This document shows, piece after piece, positions 9,885 through 20,399 of a stretch of DNA of 48,914 nucleotides. The stretch is from a phage. Positions within the stretch are counted from its first letter, which is position 1; each line of letters opens with the position of its first letter. Below the pieces are notes generated by a model that was not told the DNA's origin, did not search any database, and worked only from the letters and a program-made list of their open reading frames with translations. The stretch is taken from the sequence record PZ445533.1; one strand, 5' to 3'. Both the position numbers and the translations under genes were made by a program.

Positions 9885-9906
9885 GGGGCGTTGCGCCCCT
9901 TTTTTC
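9885..9906 (+). terminator. Rho-independent terminator after major tail gene
   Basis: GGGGCG TTG CGCCCC plus T-run. Confidence 0.65.
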
Positions 9907-9945
9907 ATTCCTGTAAAATCAATCTATCAAATAAATTAATTCCAC

Positions 9946-9964
9946 TTTTAACAAAAAGTGCTAT
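9946..9964 (-). repeat. Isolated copy of 21-bp box (minus orientation) abutting RBS of chaperone G gene
   Basis: TTTTAACAAAAAGTGCTAT directly followed by AAGGAG and ATG 9979. Confidence 0.5.
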
Positions 9965-9978
9965 AAGGAGATCTTAAG

Positions 9979-10296
9979 ATGGCAAAGATGAAACTAACGT
10001 TAGGCCCACTGCCTGATTTTAAGCTGCCTGTTTCTTTCGTGCTTCCAAATGGTGATGAGCAAGTTATTGTTTTTACCGTGCGCCACAAGAAGGCAAGCGA
10101 AATTCACGAACGATACACGGCAGAAAAGCCGATGAGCGACGTAGAAATGATCACCTTCCTTGCTTCCGGTTGGGATCTGGAAGATGAATTTAACGAGGAA
10201 AACGTTGCTAAATTGCTGGATTATTACCCGTCTGCGTCATTATCGCTGACTGGTCATTATATGAAAGCACTTGCGGGGCAGCGGGTAAAAAACTAA
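9979..10296 (+). CDS. Tail assembly chaperone (G-like)
   Basis: 105 aa acidic ORF immediately upstream of tape measure; ends at slippery A-AAA-AAC. Confidence 0.65.
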   Translation: MAKMKLTLGPLPDFKLPVSFVLPNGDEQVIVFTVRHKKASEIHERYTAEKPMSDVEMITFLASGWDLEDEFNEENVAKLLDYYPSASLSLTGHYMKALAGQRVKN

Positions 10297-10613
10297 AGCG
10301 GGCGGTTTACCTGTTTTACCTCAAGCCGCCAACTGACGCACAATTAGAGGCCGTCGGCCTATCCCGTTCAGACTACGAAGGGGAGGAGCCGCCGGAGGTA
10401 ATTTTTGATGAATCAATGTTTCAATCTTGGGATCTGTTTTGCGCTATGCAGACGCAATGGAGATCGACTAGCGGCAGTGTGTATGGGTTCGACTATAACG
10501 TTTTGCCTATGCTTTTTGACATTTACAAGATTGAGGATCGGGAGATGGCGCTAAATGATTTGCGCATCATGGAACAAAAGGCGCTAGAAATGATTCATTC
10601 AAACAAAACATAA
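9979..10613 (+). CDS. Tail assembly chaperone GT-like fusion produced by programmed -1 frameshift at 10287-10293
   Basis: Slippery heptamer A AAA AAC two codons before the G stop; -1 frame is open from 10293 and runs into ORF 10416-10613. Confidence 0.55.
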
Positions 10614-10652
10614 GCGCCGAGAGGCGCTTTTTTAATATCTGGAGGTTTTAAA

Positions 10653-13334
10653 ATGGCTGAAAAATACGCTGGCCTAACGCTAGGCGTTGACGTGTCGCAG
10701 GTCAACAATGCTGTTAAATCATTGCAGCAATTCAAGAAGGCAAACGACGACGCAAAAAAAAGCGTTAATGAATTTGTTGATTCTGAGGTTGTGGCGCGAC
10801 AGCAAGCAAAACAGTTTGCCGAAGAACTGGCGCGCCAGAAAGCAGAATTTAAGAAAATCCAGGAGTCAATTGATCCCACCGCGTCAAAGATGGATAAGCT
10901 GCGAAAGGCAGCGACACAGCTTGATGCGCTATGGAAAAAGGGCATTGTTCCTGATGAGACTTTTTTTGAGCTTGGATCAATTCTTGAGACGCAGCAAAAC
11001 AAGCTGATCGCAACAAAAAAAGCGATGACGGAGGAAGGCCGCGCGGCGCTTGAGGAATCAAAGAACAAAGCGCGTGCAGCGGAAGAGGCTAAAAAATTCG
11101 TCCAGGCTTTGCGTGAGCAGGAAGAAGCAGCAGGAAAAAGCAAGTCTGAATTGCTGGAAATGAAAGCGGCACAGCTTGGAGTTAGCCAGGAGGCAGCACC
11201 TTACATCGCAAGGCTGAAAGAGCAGGAAAAGCAGATCCAGAAACTTGGGATTTCTACAGGCCAATACAAACAAGCAATGGCGCAATTGCCAATGCAGATC
11301 ACAGACGTGGTGACTTCACTTGCTTCTGGTATGCCAGTTTGGTTGGTCGCAGTCCAGCAGGGTGGACAGATCAAGGATTCTTTTGGTGGTGCATCCAATG
11401 CTTTAAAAGCGTTGCTATCTTTCCTGAATCCGGTAAACGTGGCGTTTGGCTTGCTTTCCGGCACGCTGGCAATTGCTGCATATAATGCCTACAAAGCACA
11501 GACAGAGCTTGAGGCAATTAAAAAAACCGTTCAGGAAACAACTGGCTTGAGTGGTGAGTTTGCCGAAAAGATTGCTATAGGAATCCAGGAGCTTTCCGAC
11601 AAGACAGGCGAAAGCGCCGAAGATCTGGCAAAGGCTTACATAACAACGAAAGACGGCGCGAGCGAGGCGATTAAAAAACTGGTTGACGTTGGGATGACTT
11701 ATGATGACGCAAAAAAGAAAGTCAACGAGTACAAGGGCGCGTCTAGCTTTGTCAGCTTGAATAACGAAATTGCAAACCACAAAAACAAAGTCCTTGAGTT
11801 GGGCGAGTCGTGGTATGAAGTTTTGAAAGCTAAGCGTGATTACGCTTCCCCGTCCGGCGGCCTGTTAGGTAAAGAGCTTGGCTATGTTAATCCTATGCTT
11901 AAGTTTGCACTTAACACTTATGAAGACATTGGAAAGGTCGTAAAAGATGCGAATAAGGACATGGCGGAACGAGCGGAGCGAATCGACAAAGAAAATCTGT
12001 CATTAAACAGAGTGCGAGCGGCGCAAGAGGCTTTAAACAAAGCCATTGAGGATCAGAAGGGCGTGGCGCGTTCGGCTGATGAAGAACTGAAAAAGCGCGC
12101 GGCTGAAAACGTGGAGTTTAGGCGCAAAGAGCTTGAGGAAATCAAGAAGCAGGAGCAGAAAAAGAAAGAGGCTAAAGGTGGAATAGTTCGCGGCCCTACT
12201 GAGCAGCTTGATAAAGAGTTGTACGTTTTAAAGGCGCAACTGGAAACTCTTAAAGAGCATCGCACTGTTAACGATGTTATTTCTCGCCAGCGTAAATCTT
12301 TATGGAGCATCGAAAAGCAGATCGAGATCCTGGAGAATGCGCAGAGCAAGCGTAAATTGACCGGAGCGGAACAGGCGCTACTAAACGAGCAAAAGGCCGT
12401 TCTTGAAATGGCAAGACAAAAAGCTGAGCTAGGGGATCAGATTGTTTTGCAGGAGCGCAAAAACAAGCTGGAGCAAGATAGTCTTAAGTTTATCCGTGAA
12501 ACTGAGGCTGCTATTGATGCGATTGGCCTTAAGCAACTTGGCTACACTGAAAAGCAGATCGAGCGTGAGCTAGAGTTACGCAAGCTGCGCACCGACTACG
12601 AGGCGCAAGGCGGAAGCGTTAGCGATGAAGTTTTTCAGCAAATGGAGGCGAAACTTAAGCTGTATTACCAGGCACAAGACGAGGCGCAAGGCAACTGGTT
12701 AGCCGGAGCAAAGAACGCATGGGAGCTATTCGCGGAAGATGCAAACAATGCCTATGGCAATGTTCAGCAGATCGCAAGCGAGGCGTTAAACGGCCTTACA
12801 AACCAATTAGCGAATTTTATCGCTACTGGCAAGGCAAACTTTAAAGACTTCTCGACGGCTATCATCAAAATGATTATCCAGATGATCACGAAAATGGTCG
12901 TCTTTAATGCGTTATCTGGCCTGATTGGTGGTCAAACCTGGACGATGGGGAGCTTGCTTAAGAATATTGGCGGATTTGCTGGCGGTGGATACACTGGAGA
13001 CGGCGGGAAGTATGAGCCAGCCGGAATTGTCCATAAAGGTGAATTTGTCATGACGAAGGAGGCGACGCAGCGTATCGGGGTAGGAAACTTGTACCGCATG
13101 ATGCGAGGCTATGCTAACGGCGGCGTTGTTGGTAGTTCCGGCTATACTGGCGGTGGCGCTGTAACTGGTGGAGCACCTCAATTTAACATCGGCGGGATTG
13201 ATGTTAGCATCACTAACGGAAACGATCCGAAGGGCATCGAAACTGGTGTTAAGATGATCTTTACTGATATGATTAAACGTTCCTGTATGCAGGGCGGCGA
13301 GGTTTACGAATTTGTTATGAGCAAGCGAGGTTGA
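10653..13334 (+). CDS. Tail tape measure protein
   Basis: 893 aa, long charged coiled-coil regions, Gly-rich C-terminal part; canonical position. Confidence 0.85.
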   Translation: MAEKYAGLTLGVDVSQVNNAVKSLQQFKKANDDAKKSVNEFVDSEVVARQQAKQFAEELARQKAEFKKIQESIDPTASKMDKLRKAATQLDALWKKGIVPDETFFELGSILETQQNKLIATKKAMTEEGRAALEESKNKARAAEEAKKFVQALREQEEAAGKSKSELLEMKAAQLGVSQEAAPYIARLKEQEKQIQKLGISTGQYKQAMAQLPMQITDVVTSLASGMPVWLVAVQQGGQIKDSFGGASNALKALLSFLNPVNVAFGLLSGTLAIAAYNAYKAQTELEAIKKTVQETTGLSGEFAEKIAIGIQELSDKTGESAEDLAKAYITTKDGASEAIKKLVDVGMTYDDAKKKVNEYKGASSFVSLNNEIANHKNKVLELGESWYEVLKAKRDYASPSGGLLGKELGYVNPMLKFALNTYEDIGKVVKDANKDMAERAERIDKENLSLNRVRAAQEALNKAIEDQKGVARSADEELKKRAAENVEFRRKELEEIKKQEQKKKEAKGGIVRGPTEQLDKELYVLKAQLETLKEHRTVNDVISRQRKSLWSIEKQIEILENAQSKRKLTGAEQALLNEQKAVLEMARQKAELGDQIVLQERKNKLEQDSLKFIRETEAAIDAIGLKQLGYTEKQIERELELRKLRTDYEAQGGSVSDEVFQQMEAKLKLYYQAQDEAQGNWLAGAKNAWELFAEDANNAYGNVQQIASEALNGLTNQLANFIATGKANFKDFSTAIIKMIIQMITKMVVFNALSGLIGGQTWTMGSLLKNIGGFAGGGYTGDGGKYEPAGIVHKGEFVMTKEATQRIGVGNLYRMMRGYANGGVVGSSGYTGGGAVTGGAPQFNIGGIDVSITNGNDPKGIETGVKMIFTDMIKRSCMQGGEVYEFVMSKRG

Positions 13335-13336
13335 TA

Positions 13337-13687
13337 ATGAAGCTGGATCAGTTTAAGTGGTGTACGCAGGTTCAGAATGGTGGCGGGGCCATGACGTCAT
13401 CGAATAACGATCGAGAGATTGCATTCGGTAACGGATACACACAGGTAGCATCTGGAGGTTTTAACACAATCCGGCGAGAGTTCAGCATTGTTTACGCTGG
13501 GCTTGATTACAGAGATGTTGTCAAGTTCCTGAATGAGCACAGGCTAAAACCTTTCTTGTGGATCATGCCAGATGGAAGCCCTGGATTGTTTAGGGTGAAA
13601 AGCGGTAGCGTCGGCCTTACTCCATTGTCGCCAACCGTTCAGGAAGTAAAAGCCACTTTTACGGAACAATTTACATCAATGCAGTAA
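13337..13687 (+). CDS. Minor tail protein (lambda gpM-like position)
   Basis: GAGG RBS; 116 aa directly after tape measure. Confidence 0.5.
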   Translation: MKLDQFKWCTQVQNGGGAMTSSNNDREIAFGNGYTQVASGGFNTIRREFSIVYAGLDYRDVVKFLNEHRLKPFLWIMPDGSPGLFRVKSGSVGLTPLSPTVQEVKATFTEQFTSMQ

Positions 13688-13691
13688 TTTA

Positions 13692-13717
13692 AAGCCGCCT
13701 TTGTGCGGCTTTTTTCT
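13692..13717 (+). terminator. Rho-independent terminator
   Basis: AGCCGC ... GCGGCT plus TTTTTT. Confidence 0.55.
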
Positions 13718-13749
13718 TGATGTTACAATGAGCAAAAAGGAGGTAGAAA

Positions 13750-14511
13750 ATGGCTAATAAAGAATCAGGTAGAGTTGAATTTGAGAACTGCCTACAAAGT
13801 TTGTACCCAGGCGAAATTATAACGCTTGTAGAGATTGACGGGACGAAGTTCGGAGCAAATATTTACCGATTTCACAATGAGAACATCTCTTATACTGCCG
13901 AAGAATTAATGCAAGCGCAGCAAACCGGAATATTGCCGCCGAAAGATATTATTTTTCAGGGTGAGGTTTACGGAGCGCGGCCTTTCGGTGTGAGCGGTAT
14001 TAACTTCACAAGTAACGGCAGGGCAGATAAGCCTCAGCTTATAGTGTCAAACCTTGACAGCAGGGTGAGCGCCATGATCAGAAATTACAATGGCATGATG
14101 CAAGCAAAGGTGACTTTCTGGATAACGGCAAAGGAATTTATCGGAGAAGGCGGAGCAATCAAAGATGGCGCTTACAGAAAATTGGTTTATTACATTGAGC
14201 GCCCAAGCCAGTACAATAGAGAGATAGCGAAATTTGATCTAACATCGCCTTACGATATGGATGGACTGATGATCCCGCCGCGCATCACTCAAAGCGTTTG
14301 CTATTGGGCGCAAAGGGGATGGTACAGGAGCGGAAAGGGTTGCTCTTATAACGGATCGGCAATGTTCGATAAAGACAATAAGCCAGTAACAGATCCATCA
14401 CAAGACTATTGCGCCGGAACTGTAACGGCTTGCAAATTGAGGTTCGGTCAGCAAAACGAATTGGATTTCGGCGGTTGCGCGGTTGCTTCACTGCTACGGA
14501 GGAATCAATAA
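13750..14511 (+). CDS. Minor tail protein L-like
   Basis: 253 aa; C-terminal conserved Cys cluster as in lambda gpL; synteny. Confidence 0.6.
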   Translation: MANKESGRVEFENCLQSLYPGEIITLVEIDGTKFGANIYRFHNENISYTAEELMQAQQTGILPPKDIIFQGEVYGARPFGVSGINFTSNGRADKPQLIVSNLDSRVSAMIRNYNGMMQAKVTFWITAKEFIGEGGAIKDGAYRKLVYYIERPSQYNREIAKFDLTSPYDMDGLMIPPRITQSVCYWAQRGWYRSGKGCSYNGSAMFDKDNKPVTDPSQDYCAGTVTACKLRFGQQNELDFGGCAVASLLRRNQ

Positions 14512-15242
14512 TGATTAGTGCAAAAATTAAACTTGAAATAATGCAGCACGTTAAAGAGGAATACCCTAAAGAGGCTTGCGGCGTCATAACTCAAAAGTCA
14601 CGGGTACAGAAATATCACCGCATAACCAACGTGCATGACGATCCAGAAAATCATTTTGAAATGGACGCCGTAGAATACGCTGAATCGCTCGACAAAGGCG
14701 AATTAATCGCGGTGGTGCATTCCCATTGCGGGGATGGTGCTAGCACGATACCGAGCGCGCACGACTCATGTATGTGCGATGAAATGGGTGTGTCGTGGAT
14801 TATAGTGTCATGGCCCGAAGGTGATATGAGAATTGTCGAGCCGCAGGAGAGGCCGCTTATCGGTCGCCCGTGGTCGCTGGGGTCGTTCGATTGCTGGGGT
14901 CTTATCATGGCATGGCATAAACAGCACGGAGTAGTATTGAATGACTTCCGAAAGCCTTACGAGTGGTGGAAGTCAGAATATGGTGAAAATCTTTACCAGG
15001 ATAATTATTTGAAAGAGGGATTTGTTGAAACTAACGAGCCTCCAAAACCTGGTGATATGGTGATTATGCAGCTATCATCGCCAGTCTGGAATCATGCGGG
15101 GATTTATTTGGGTAACAATCAGCTATTACATCATGCGTTTGGAAAGCTATCTCGCATTGACTTGTATTCTGGATGGTATCAGGAGCACACTGTAAAAATT
15201 TGCCGACATAAGGATCTGAAATATGACATTGAAAGTAATTAA
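14511..15242 (+). CDS. Tail tip assembly protein K-like (JAB/MPN + NlpC/P60 domains)
   Basis: JAMM-like HSHCGDG...S..HD motif and NlpC/P60-type Cys (DCWGL) with downstream His; TAATG overlap with L. Confidence 0.75.
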   Translation: MISAKIKLEIMQHVKEEYPKEACGVITQKSRVQKYHRITNVHDDPENHFEMDAVEYAESLDKGELIAVVHSHCGDGASTIPSAHDSCMCDEMGVSWIIVSWPEGDMRIVEPQERPLIGRPWSLGSFDCWGLIMAWHKQHGVVLNDFRKPYEWWKSEYGENLYQDNYLKEGFVETNEPPKPGDMVIMQLSSPVWNHAGIYLGNNQLLHHAFGKLSRIDLYSGWYQEHTVKICRHKDLKYDIESN

Positions 15243-15819
15243 ACTATCTGGTTCCCTGGGGCGTAGATTTGGCGTCTTTCACAAAATGGCGGTTGACTCA
15301 TACCCCGAAGCAATACGAGCGTTATCTTCCCAGGTTGATGGGTTCAAAGACTACATGCAAAGCGAAGTAGGATCGCGAATGAAGTATGCTGTATTTGTTG
15401 ATGGAAAAAACGTTAGTCAGCATGATGAAAAATCATGGAAGTGCGCGCGAGAGGTTCGAATAGTTCCCGTTCCAACTGGTTCTAAGTCCGGCGGCCTGTT
15501 CAATGTTGTTTTTGGTGCTGTAATTATGGCTACTGCGTTCTTTACTGGTGGTGCAAGCCTGGCGGCTATGGGCGCTTTTGCATCTTCCGCATTTATGATG
15601 GGTGGGGCTATCGCGTTGGGCGGTGTAATGCAAATGATCTCACCGCAGCAGGGAGGAATGAAACTGCAAAGCCAATCAGCAGAAAACAAGCCTTCTTACG
15701 CTTTCGGCGGTGCTGTAAATACCACGGCGGCAGGTTATCCGGTTCCTTTGCCATATGGATATAGGACAGTAGGCGGAGCAATCTGGTCGGCTGGCAGCTA
15801 CGCAGAAGATAAAGCATAA
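15223..15819 (+). CDS. Tail assembly protein I-like
   Basis: 198 aa, Gly/Ala-rich hydrophobic C-terminal half; between K and J. Confidence 0.6.
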   Translation: MTLKVIKLSGSLGRRFGVFHKMAVDSYPEAIRALSSQVDGFKDYMQSEVGSRMKYAVFVDGKNVSQHDEKSWKCAREVRIVPVPTGSKSGGLFNVVFGAVIMATAFFTGGASLAAMGAFASSAFMMGGAIALGGVMQMISPQQGGMKLQSQSAENKPSYAFGGAVNTTAAGYPVPLPYGYRTVGGAIWSAGSYAEDKA

Positions 15820-15826
15820 AAAAATA

Positions 15827-15848
15827 CCCGCCTTGCGCGGGTTTTTTT
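15827..15848 (+). terminator. Rho-independent terminator after tail I gene
   Basis: CCCGC CTTGC GCGGG plus T7. Confidence 0.6.
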
Positions 15849-15897
15849 GTGCATTTATAATGTGCAAACCAAGAAACAGCACAAAAGGTTAAAAGTC

Positions 15898-18800
15898 ATG
15901 GCTAAATATATGATAAGCGGCAGTAAGGGCGGAAGCAAAAAGCCATACGTGCCAAAAGAGATGGAAGATAACCTGATCTCGATAAACAAGATTAAAGTTT
16001 TGCTGGCTGTATCTGATGGCGAGTGCGATCCAGATTTCACGTTGCGCGATCTTTATCTTGATGATGTTCCGGTTATTGCCAGCGATGGCACTGTTAACTA
16101 CGAGGGAGTTACGGCTGAATATCGACCAGGTACGCAGACGCAAGATTACATCCAGGGTTTTACTGACACATCAAGTGAGGTGACAGTTGCAAGAGATATT
16201 ACCGGAGACAATCCTTATGTTATTTCTGTTACAAATAAAAATCTATCTGCGGTAAGAATAAAGATCCTGATGCCAGTAGGCATTAAAACAGAGGATAACG
16301 GCGATCTTGTTGGCGTAAGGGTTGAGTATGCCGTAGATATGGCTGTTGATGGCGGTTCTTATAGCGAGGTTATGAGAGATGTAATTGACGGCAAGACAAG
16401 ATCAGGATACGACCGCAGCAGAAGGATTGATCTTCCTAAGTTTGATGAGCGCGTTTTAATCCGAGTAAAGCGACTGACTCCAGACAGCACATCTTCAAAG
16501 GTGACTGATAAAATCAAGCTGCAAAGTTACGCTGAGGTTGTTGATGCAAAATTCCGCTATCCTCTGACTGGACTTGTATTCGTAGAATTTGACAGCGAAT
16601 TGTTTCCTACGCAAATCCCTAACATTTCTATAAAAAAGAAATGGAAGATTATTAATGTGCCAAGCAACTATGATCCAATATCAAGAGAATATCACGGGTC
16701 ATGGGATGGGACTTTTAAAAAAGCGTGGTCAAATAATCCTGCTTGGGTTCTTTATGATCTGGTGACAAATCAGCGTTATGGACTTGATCAGCGAGAGTTA
16801 GGAATACAGATCGACAAGTGGAGCTTATACGAGGCGGGCGTTTACTGCGATCAGAAAGTTCCAGACGGTAAAGGCGGCACTGAGCCTCGCTACCTATGCG
16901 ATGTGGTGATTCAGAATCAAGTTGAGGCTTATCAGCTAATCCGTGACATTTGCTCAATCTTTCGCGGAATGAGTTTTTGGAATGGTGAGAGCTTATCAAT
17001 CGTGATTGATAAGCCGCGCGATCCATCATACGTGTTTACTAATGAAAACGTCATCAACGGTGATTTTCAGTACACAAACGCAAGCGAAAAAAGCATGTAC
17101 ACGCAGTGTAACGTGACGTTTGACGACGAACAAAACATGTATCAGCAGGACGTAGAGGGGGTTTTTGATACTGAGGCGGCATTACGATTTGGATACAACC
17201 CAACAAGCATTACAGCGATCGGGTGTACGCGCAGGAGCGAAGCGAATCGTCGCGGTCGTTGGGTTTTGAAAACAAACCTTAGAAGCACTACTGTAAACTT
17301 TGCTACCGGACTAGAGGGGATGATTCCATCAATAGGTGATGTTATTGCTATCGCTGATAATTTTCAGAGTAGCAACCTAACGTTAAACCTATCGGGCCGA
17401 GTAATGGAAGTTTCAGGGCTGCAGGTTTTCGTTCCGTTTAAGGTTGATGCTCGCCCTGGTGATTTTATTATCATCAACAAGCCGGACGGCAAGCCAGTTA
17501 AGCGCACGATCTCAAAGGTTAGCGCAGACGGAAAAACCATTGAGTTAAATATTGGATTTGGTTTTGATGTTAAGCCTGATACTGTTTTTGCGATTGACCG
17601 TACTGATCTTGCGTTGCAGCAATACGTTGTGACAACCATCAGCAAGGGTGATGACGAAAACGAGTTTACCTATTCAATCACGGCTGTAGAGTACGATCCG
17701 AACAAATACGACGAGATTGATTATGGAGTAAACATTGATGACAGACCGACTTCAATTGTTCAGCCTGACGTGATGGCAGCGCCTGAGAACGTTAAGATCT
17801 CATCTTATTCTCGCGTCGTGCAGGGTGTTAGCGTTGAGACTATGGTTGTTTCATGGGATAAGGTTCCTTACGCATCGCTTTATGAAATGCAGTGGCGAAA
17901 AGGTGATGGTAACTGGCTGAATACGCCGCAGACCGCTAACAAAGAGATAGAGGTAGAAGGGATTTACTCTGGCAACTACCAAGTAAGGGTGAGATCCGTT
18001 TCTGCAAGCGGTAACGCTTCCCCGTGGTCAAAGATTGCAACCGCCACTCTGACAGGTAAAGTTGGCGAGCCAGGAGCGCCGATTAATCTTACGGCTTCTG
18101 ATAATGAAGTTTTTGGCATTCGTGTCAAATGGGGTATGCCGGAAGGATCAGGCGATACGGCTTACATTGAGCTTCACCAATCGCCAGACGGAACGGTTGA
18201 AAACTCAAGTCTGCTTACGCTGATTCCATATCCTCAATATGAGTATTGGCATAGCACGTTACCAGCGGGGCAAGTTGTATGGTATAGAATCCGCAGCGTT
18301 GACAGAATAGGCAACGTTTCAAGCTGGACTGACTTTGTTCGCGGCATGGCGTCAGATGACGTTGAATCTGTTTTGGGCGACATTCTGGACAAGATTTTTG
18401 ATACAGAAGCTGGTCAAGAAATCAAAGAGAACGCCATAGACAGTGCCAATAAAATCAAAGACCAGGCGCAATCAATCATACAGAACGCGTTGGCAAATGA
18501 TGCAGATGTGAAGTGGACGCGAGTGCAAAACGGAAAGCGCAAGGCTGAATATGGTCATGCTCTTGAGCTTATCGCCAATGAAACAGAAGCGCGCGTAACT
18601 CAAATCGAAGAGTTAAGGGCTTCAATTGATGGCGAGATAACATCAAGCATCAAGACAGTGCAGGAGGCAATTGCCACTGAATCAGAGACGCGAGCGACTC
18701 AAATTCAGCAGCTTGATTCTAAATTCACAAAAGAAATCGACGGCGTGCGCAAGGATACTTCTGCAAGCATTAGCGATGTAAGGCAGACAATCACTAACGA

Positions 18801-19476
18801 GTCAGAAGCGCGCGCTCAGGCCGTTCAGCAGCTTGACGCTAAGTTCACGAAAGAGATAAACGACCTTGACGGAGTTATCAAAACAGAAGTCGAGGCTAAC
18901 ATCTCAGAAGTGAAACAGGCGATCGCCAATGAGACAGAGGCAAGGGTTCAGGCTGACCAGGCATTAACAGCACGATTTGGCGACGTTGAATCTGCATTGG
19001 TTGAAAAGTTGGATTCTTGGGCGAGCGTTGATTCAGTTGGCGCTAAATACGCTATGAAACTTGGCCTTACTTACAAAGGCCAGCAATACAGCGCAGGAAT
19101 GGTGATGCAGCTTTCGCAGGGTTCATCCGGCCTTATCTCGCAAATTTTGTTTGATGCTAACAGGTTCGCCATTATGACTAGCTCTACTGGAGGGACTTTT
19201 ACTTTGCCTTTCGTGGTTGAGAATAATCAGGTTTTCATTAATAGTCTTTTGGTGAAGAACGGTTCAATCACTAATGCGATGATTGGTAATGTGATTCAGT
19301 CAAACAACTTTGTTCAAAACCAGCAAGGATGGAGGCTTGATAAAAACGGAATCTTTGAGAATTACGGATCAACGCCAGGAGAAGGAGCTACTAAATTCAC
19401 CAATGAGGGATTGAAGGTAAAAGATGCAAACGGAGTATTGAGGGTTGAAGTCGGAAGGATTACCGGAAGCTGGTAA
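15898..19476 (+). CDS. Central tail fibre / host specificity protein J-like
   Basis: ~1190 aa ORF after M-L-K-I; C-terminal coiled repeat region (ETEARVTQIEEL-type repeats); strong terminator after stop. Confidence 0.8.
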   Translation: MAKYMISGSKGGSKKPYVPKEMEDNLISINKIKVLLAVSDGECDPDFTLRDLYLDDVPVIASDGTVNYEGVTAEYRPGTQTQDYIQGFTDTSSEVTVARDITGDNPYVISVTNKNLSAVRIKILMPVGIKTEDNGDLVGVRVEYAVDMAVDGGSYSEVMRDVIDGKTRSGYDRSRRIDLPKFDERVLIRVKRLTPDSTSSKVTDKIKLQSYAEVVDAKFRYPLTGLVFVEFDSELFPTQIPNISIKKKWKIINVPSNYDPISREYHGSWDGTFKKAWSNNPAWVLYDLVTNQRYGLDQRELGIQIDKWSLYEAGVYCDQKVPDGKGGTEPRYLCDVVIQNQVEAYQLIRDICSIFRGMSFWNGESLSIVIDKPRDPSYVFTNENVINGDFQYTNASEKSMYTQCNVTFDDEQNMYQQDVEGVFDTEAALRFGYNPTSITAIGCTRRSEANRRGRWVLKTNLRSTTVNFATGLEGMIPSIGDVIAIADNFQSSNLTLNLSGRVMEVSGLQVFVPFKVDARPGDFIIINKPDGKPVKRTISKVSADGKTIELNIGFGFDVKPDTVFAIDRTDLALQQYVVTTISKGDDENEFTYSITAVEYDPNKYDEIDYGVNIDDRPTSIVQPDVMAAPENVKISSYSRVVQGVSVETMVVSWDKVPYASLYEMQWRKGDGNWLNTPQTANKEIEVEGIYSGNYQVRVRSVSASGNASPWSKIATATLTGKVGEPGAPINLTASDNEVFGIRVKWGMPEGSGDTAYIELHQSPDGTVENSSLLTLIPYPQYEYWHSTLPAGQVVWYRIRSVDRIGNVSSWTDFVRGMASDDVESVLGDILDKIFDTEAGQEIKENAIDSANKIKDQAQSIIQNALANDADVKWTRVQNGKRKAEYGHALELIANETEARVTQIEELRASIDGEITSSIKTVQEAIATESETRATQIQQLDSKFTKEIDGVRKDTSASISDVRQTITNESEARAQAVQQLDAKFTKEINDLDGVIKTEVEANISEVKQAIANETEARVQADQALTARFGDVESALVEKLDSWASVDSVGAKYAMKLGLTYKGQQYSAGMVMQLSQGSSGLISQILFDANRFAIMTSSTGGTFTLPFVVENNQVFINSLLVKNGSITNAMIGNVIQSNNFVQNQQGWRLDKNGIFENYGSTPGEGATKFTNEGLKVKDANGVLRVEVGRITGSW

Positions 19477-19500
19477 AAAAAGGGGGCATAGCCCCCTTTA
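19474..19500. terminator. Bidirectional terminator between J (+) and cor operon (-)
   Basis: A7 GGGGGC ATA GCCCCC TTT. Confidence 0.6.
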
Positions 19501-19503
19501 ATT

Positions 19504-20118
19504 TTAATCATAGTGTGATGCATTTATAACCAAAACAGATGAAGCGGTGTAAATACCAACAGGTCCAGGAGTTTGTGCAACCTGCCTAGAAAAAGAGTAG
19601 ATCCCGTTACCATACGCGGCAGCTTGAGACTCAAAAATCATGAATCCACCTAAAGCCGGATTAGGAACAGAGTTTAATGCTGTCAGTGATGGCATTATGG
19701 CGCAAGGATAGCCCATGTTAACATCAAATGCGATCCCGCTTACGCCTACTTGCTTTGCATCTAGCGGCCTCATTTTTCCATGATAAACCATTTCACCATG
19801 AGCATTATAAAACGCTATGCCGTGACTACCTGGGGGAGTAACCATATTACTAAAAGCATAAACAATAACCTCACCCTGATTATCAGATCTATCAAGTCTT
19901 ATTGCGTGCCTTCCACCATTGTTAAATTGCGTGAATGATATGTATGATTTAGCGGTCAATCTAACAAAGAAAAAACATACCCTATCAACAGGAATTGACG
20001 AAGTAAAAACGGTTCCGGTATTAGCAGATATTACAGCCCGATCAATTAGATTAACTGGAGTGAAATCTGGACTTAACCATAACGATCCGTCTGATTTTTT
20101 TATACTCATCCCGTACAT
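19504..20118 (-). CDS. Hypothetical protein, third gene of cor operon
   Basis: 204 aa; GGTGA RBS; overlaps upstream gene end. Confidence 0.5.
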   Translation of the reverse strand: MYGMSIKKSDGSLWLSPDFTPVNLIDRAVISANTGTVFTSSIPVDRVCFFFVRLTAKSYISFTQFNNGGRHAIRLDRSDNQGEVIVYAFSNMVTPPGSHGIAFYNAHGEMVYHGKMRPLDAKQVGVSGIAFDVNMGYPCAIMPSLTALNSVPNPALGGFMIFESQAAAYGNGIYSFSRQVAQTPGPVGIYTASSVLVINASHYD

Positions 20119-20120
20119 TA

Positions 20121-20399
20121 TCACCCCCAAAAAGTATATATATATCTTGAATCAGATCCAGAAAGCCCACTCCATGTAACGGTGTCGCCACTCACCCCTA
20201 AGTTTGGTGCGCCAGGGTCGCCACCACGCCAGGAATTCATGCCAACATATATTGCTTTCAATGATTTACCTGGCGGCCTGTTTTGGTAAGTCTTGCTACC
20301 TGATGGCTGAGTGAATTTATCAAGGAAGAAAACAGGCGTTAAAAGTCCTGTAACTTCCCTTCCTCGATCGTCATATATTGCATAACCATATTGCGCCAT
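20121..20399 (-). CDS. Hypothetical protein
   Basis: 92 aa; TAATG overlap with cor-like gene. Confidence 0.5.
   Translation of the reverse strand: MAQYGYAIYDDRGREVTGLLTPVFFLDKFTQPSGSKTYQNRPPGKSLKAIYVGMNSWRGGDPGAPNLGVSGDTVTWSGLSGSDSRYIYTFWG

Noticed and set aside
10595-13181. Antisense ORFs inside the tape measure gene (10595-11143, 11058-11780, 12053-12349, 12912-13181 on minus strand)
   Set aside because: Low-complexity, Cys/Ser/Phe-rich translations without RBS; typical shadow ORFs of a long coding region.
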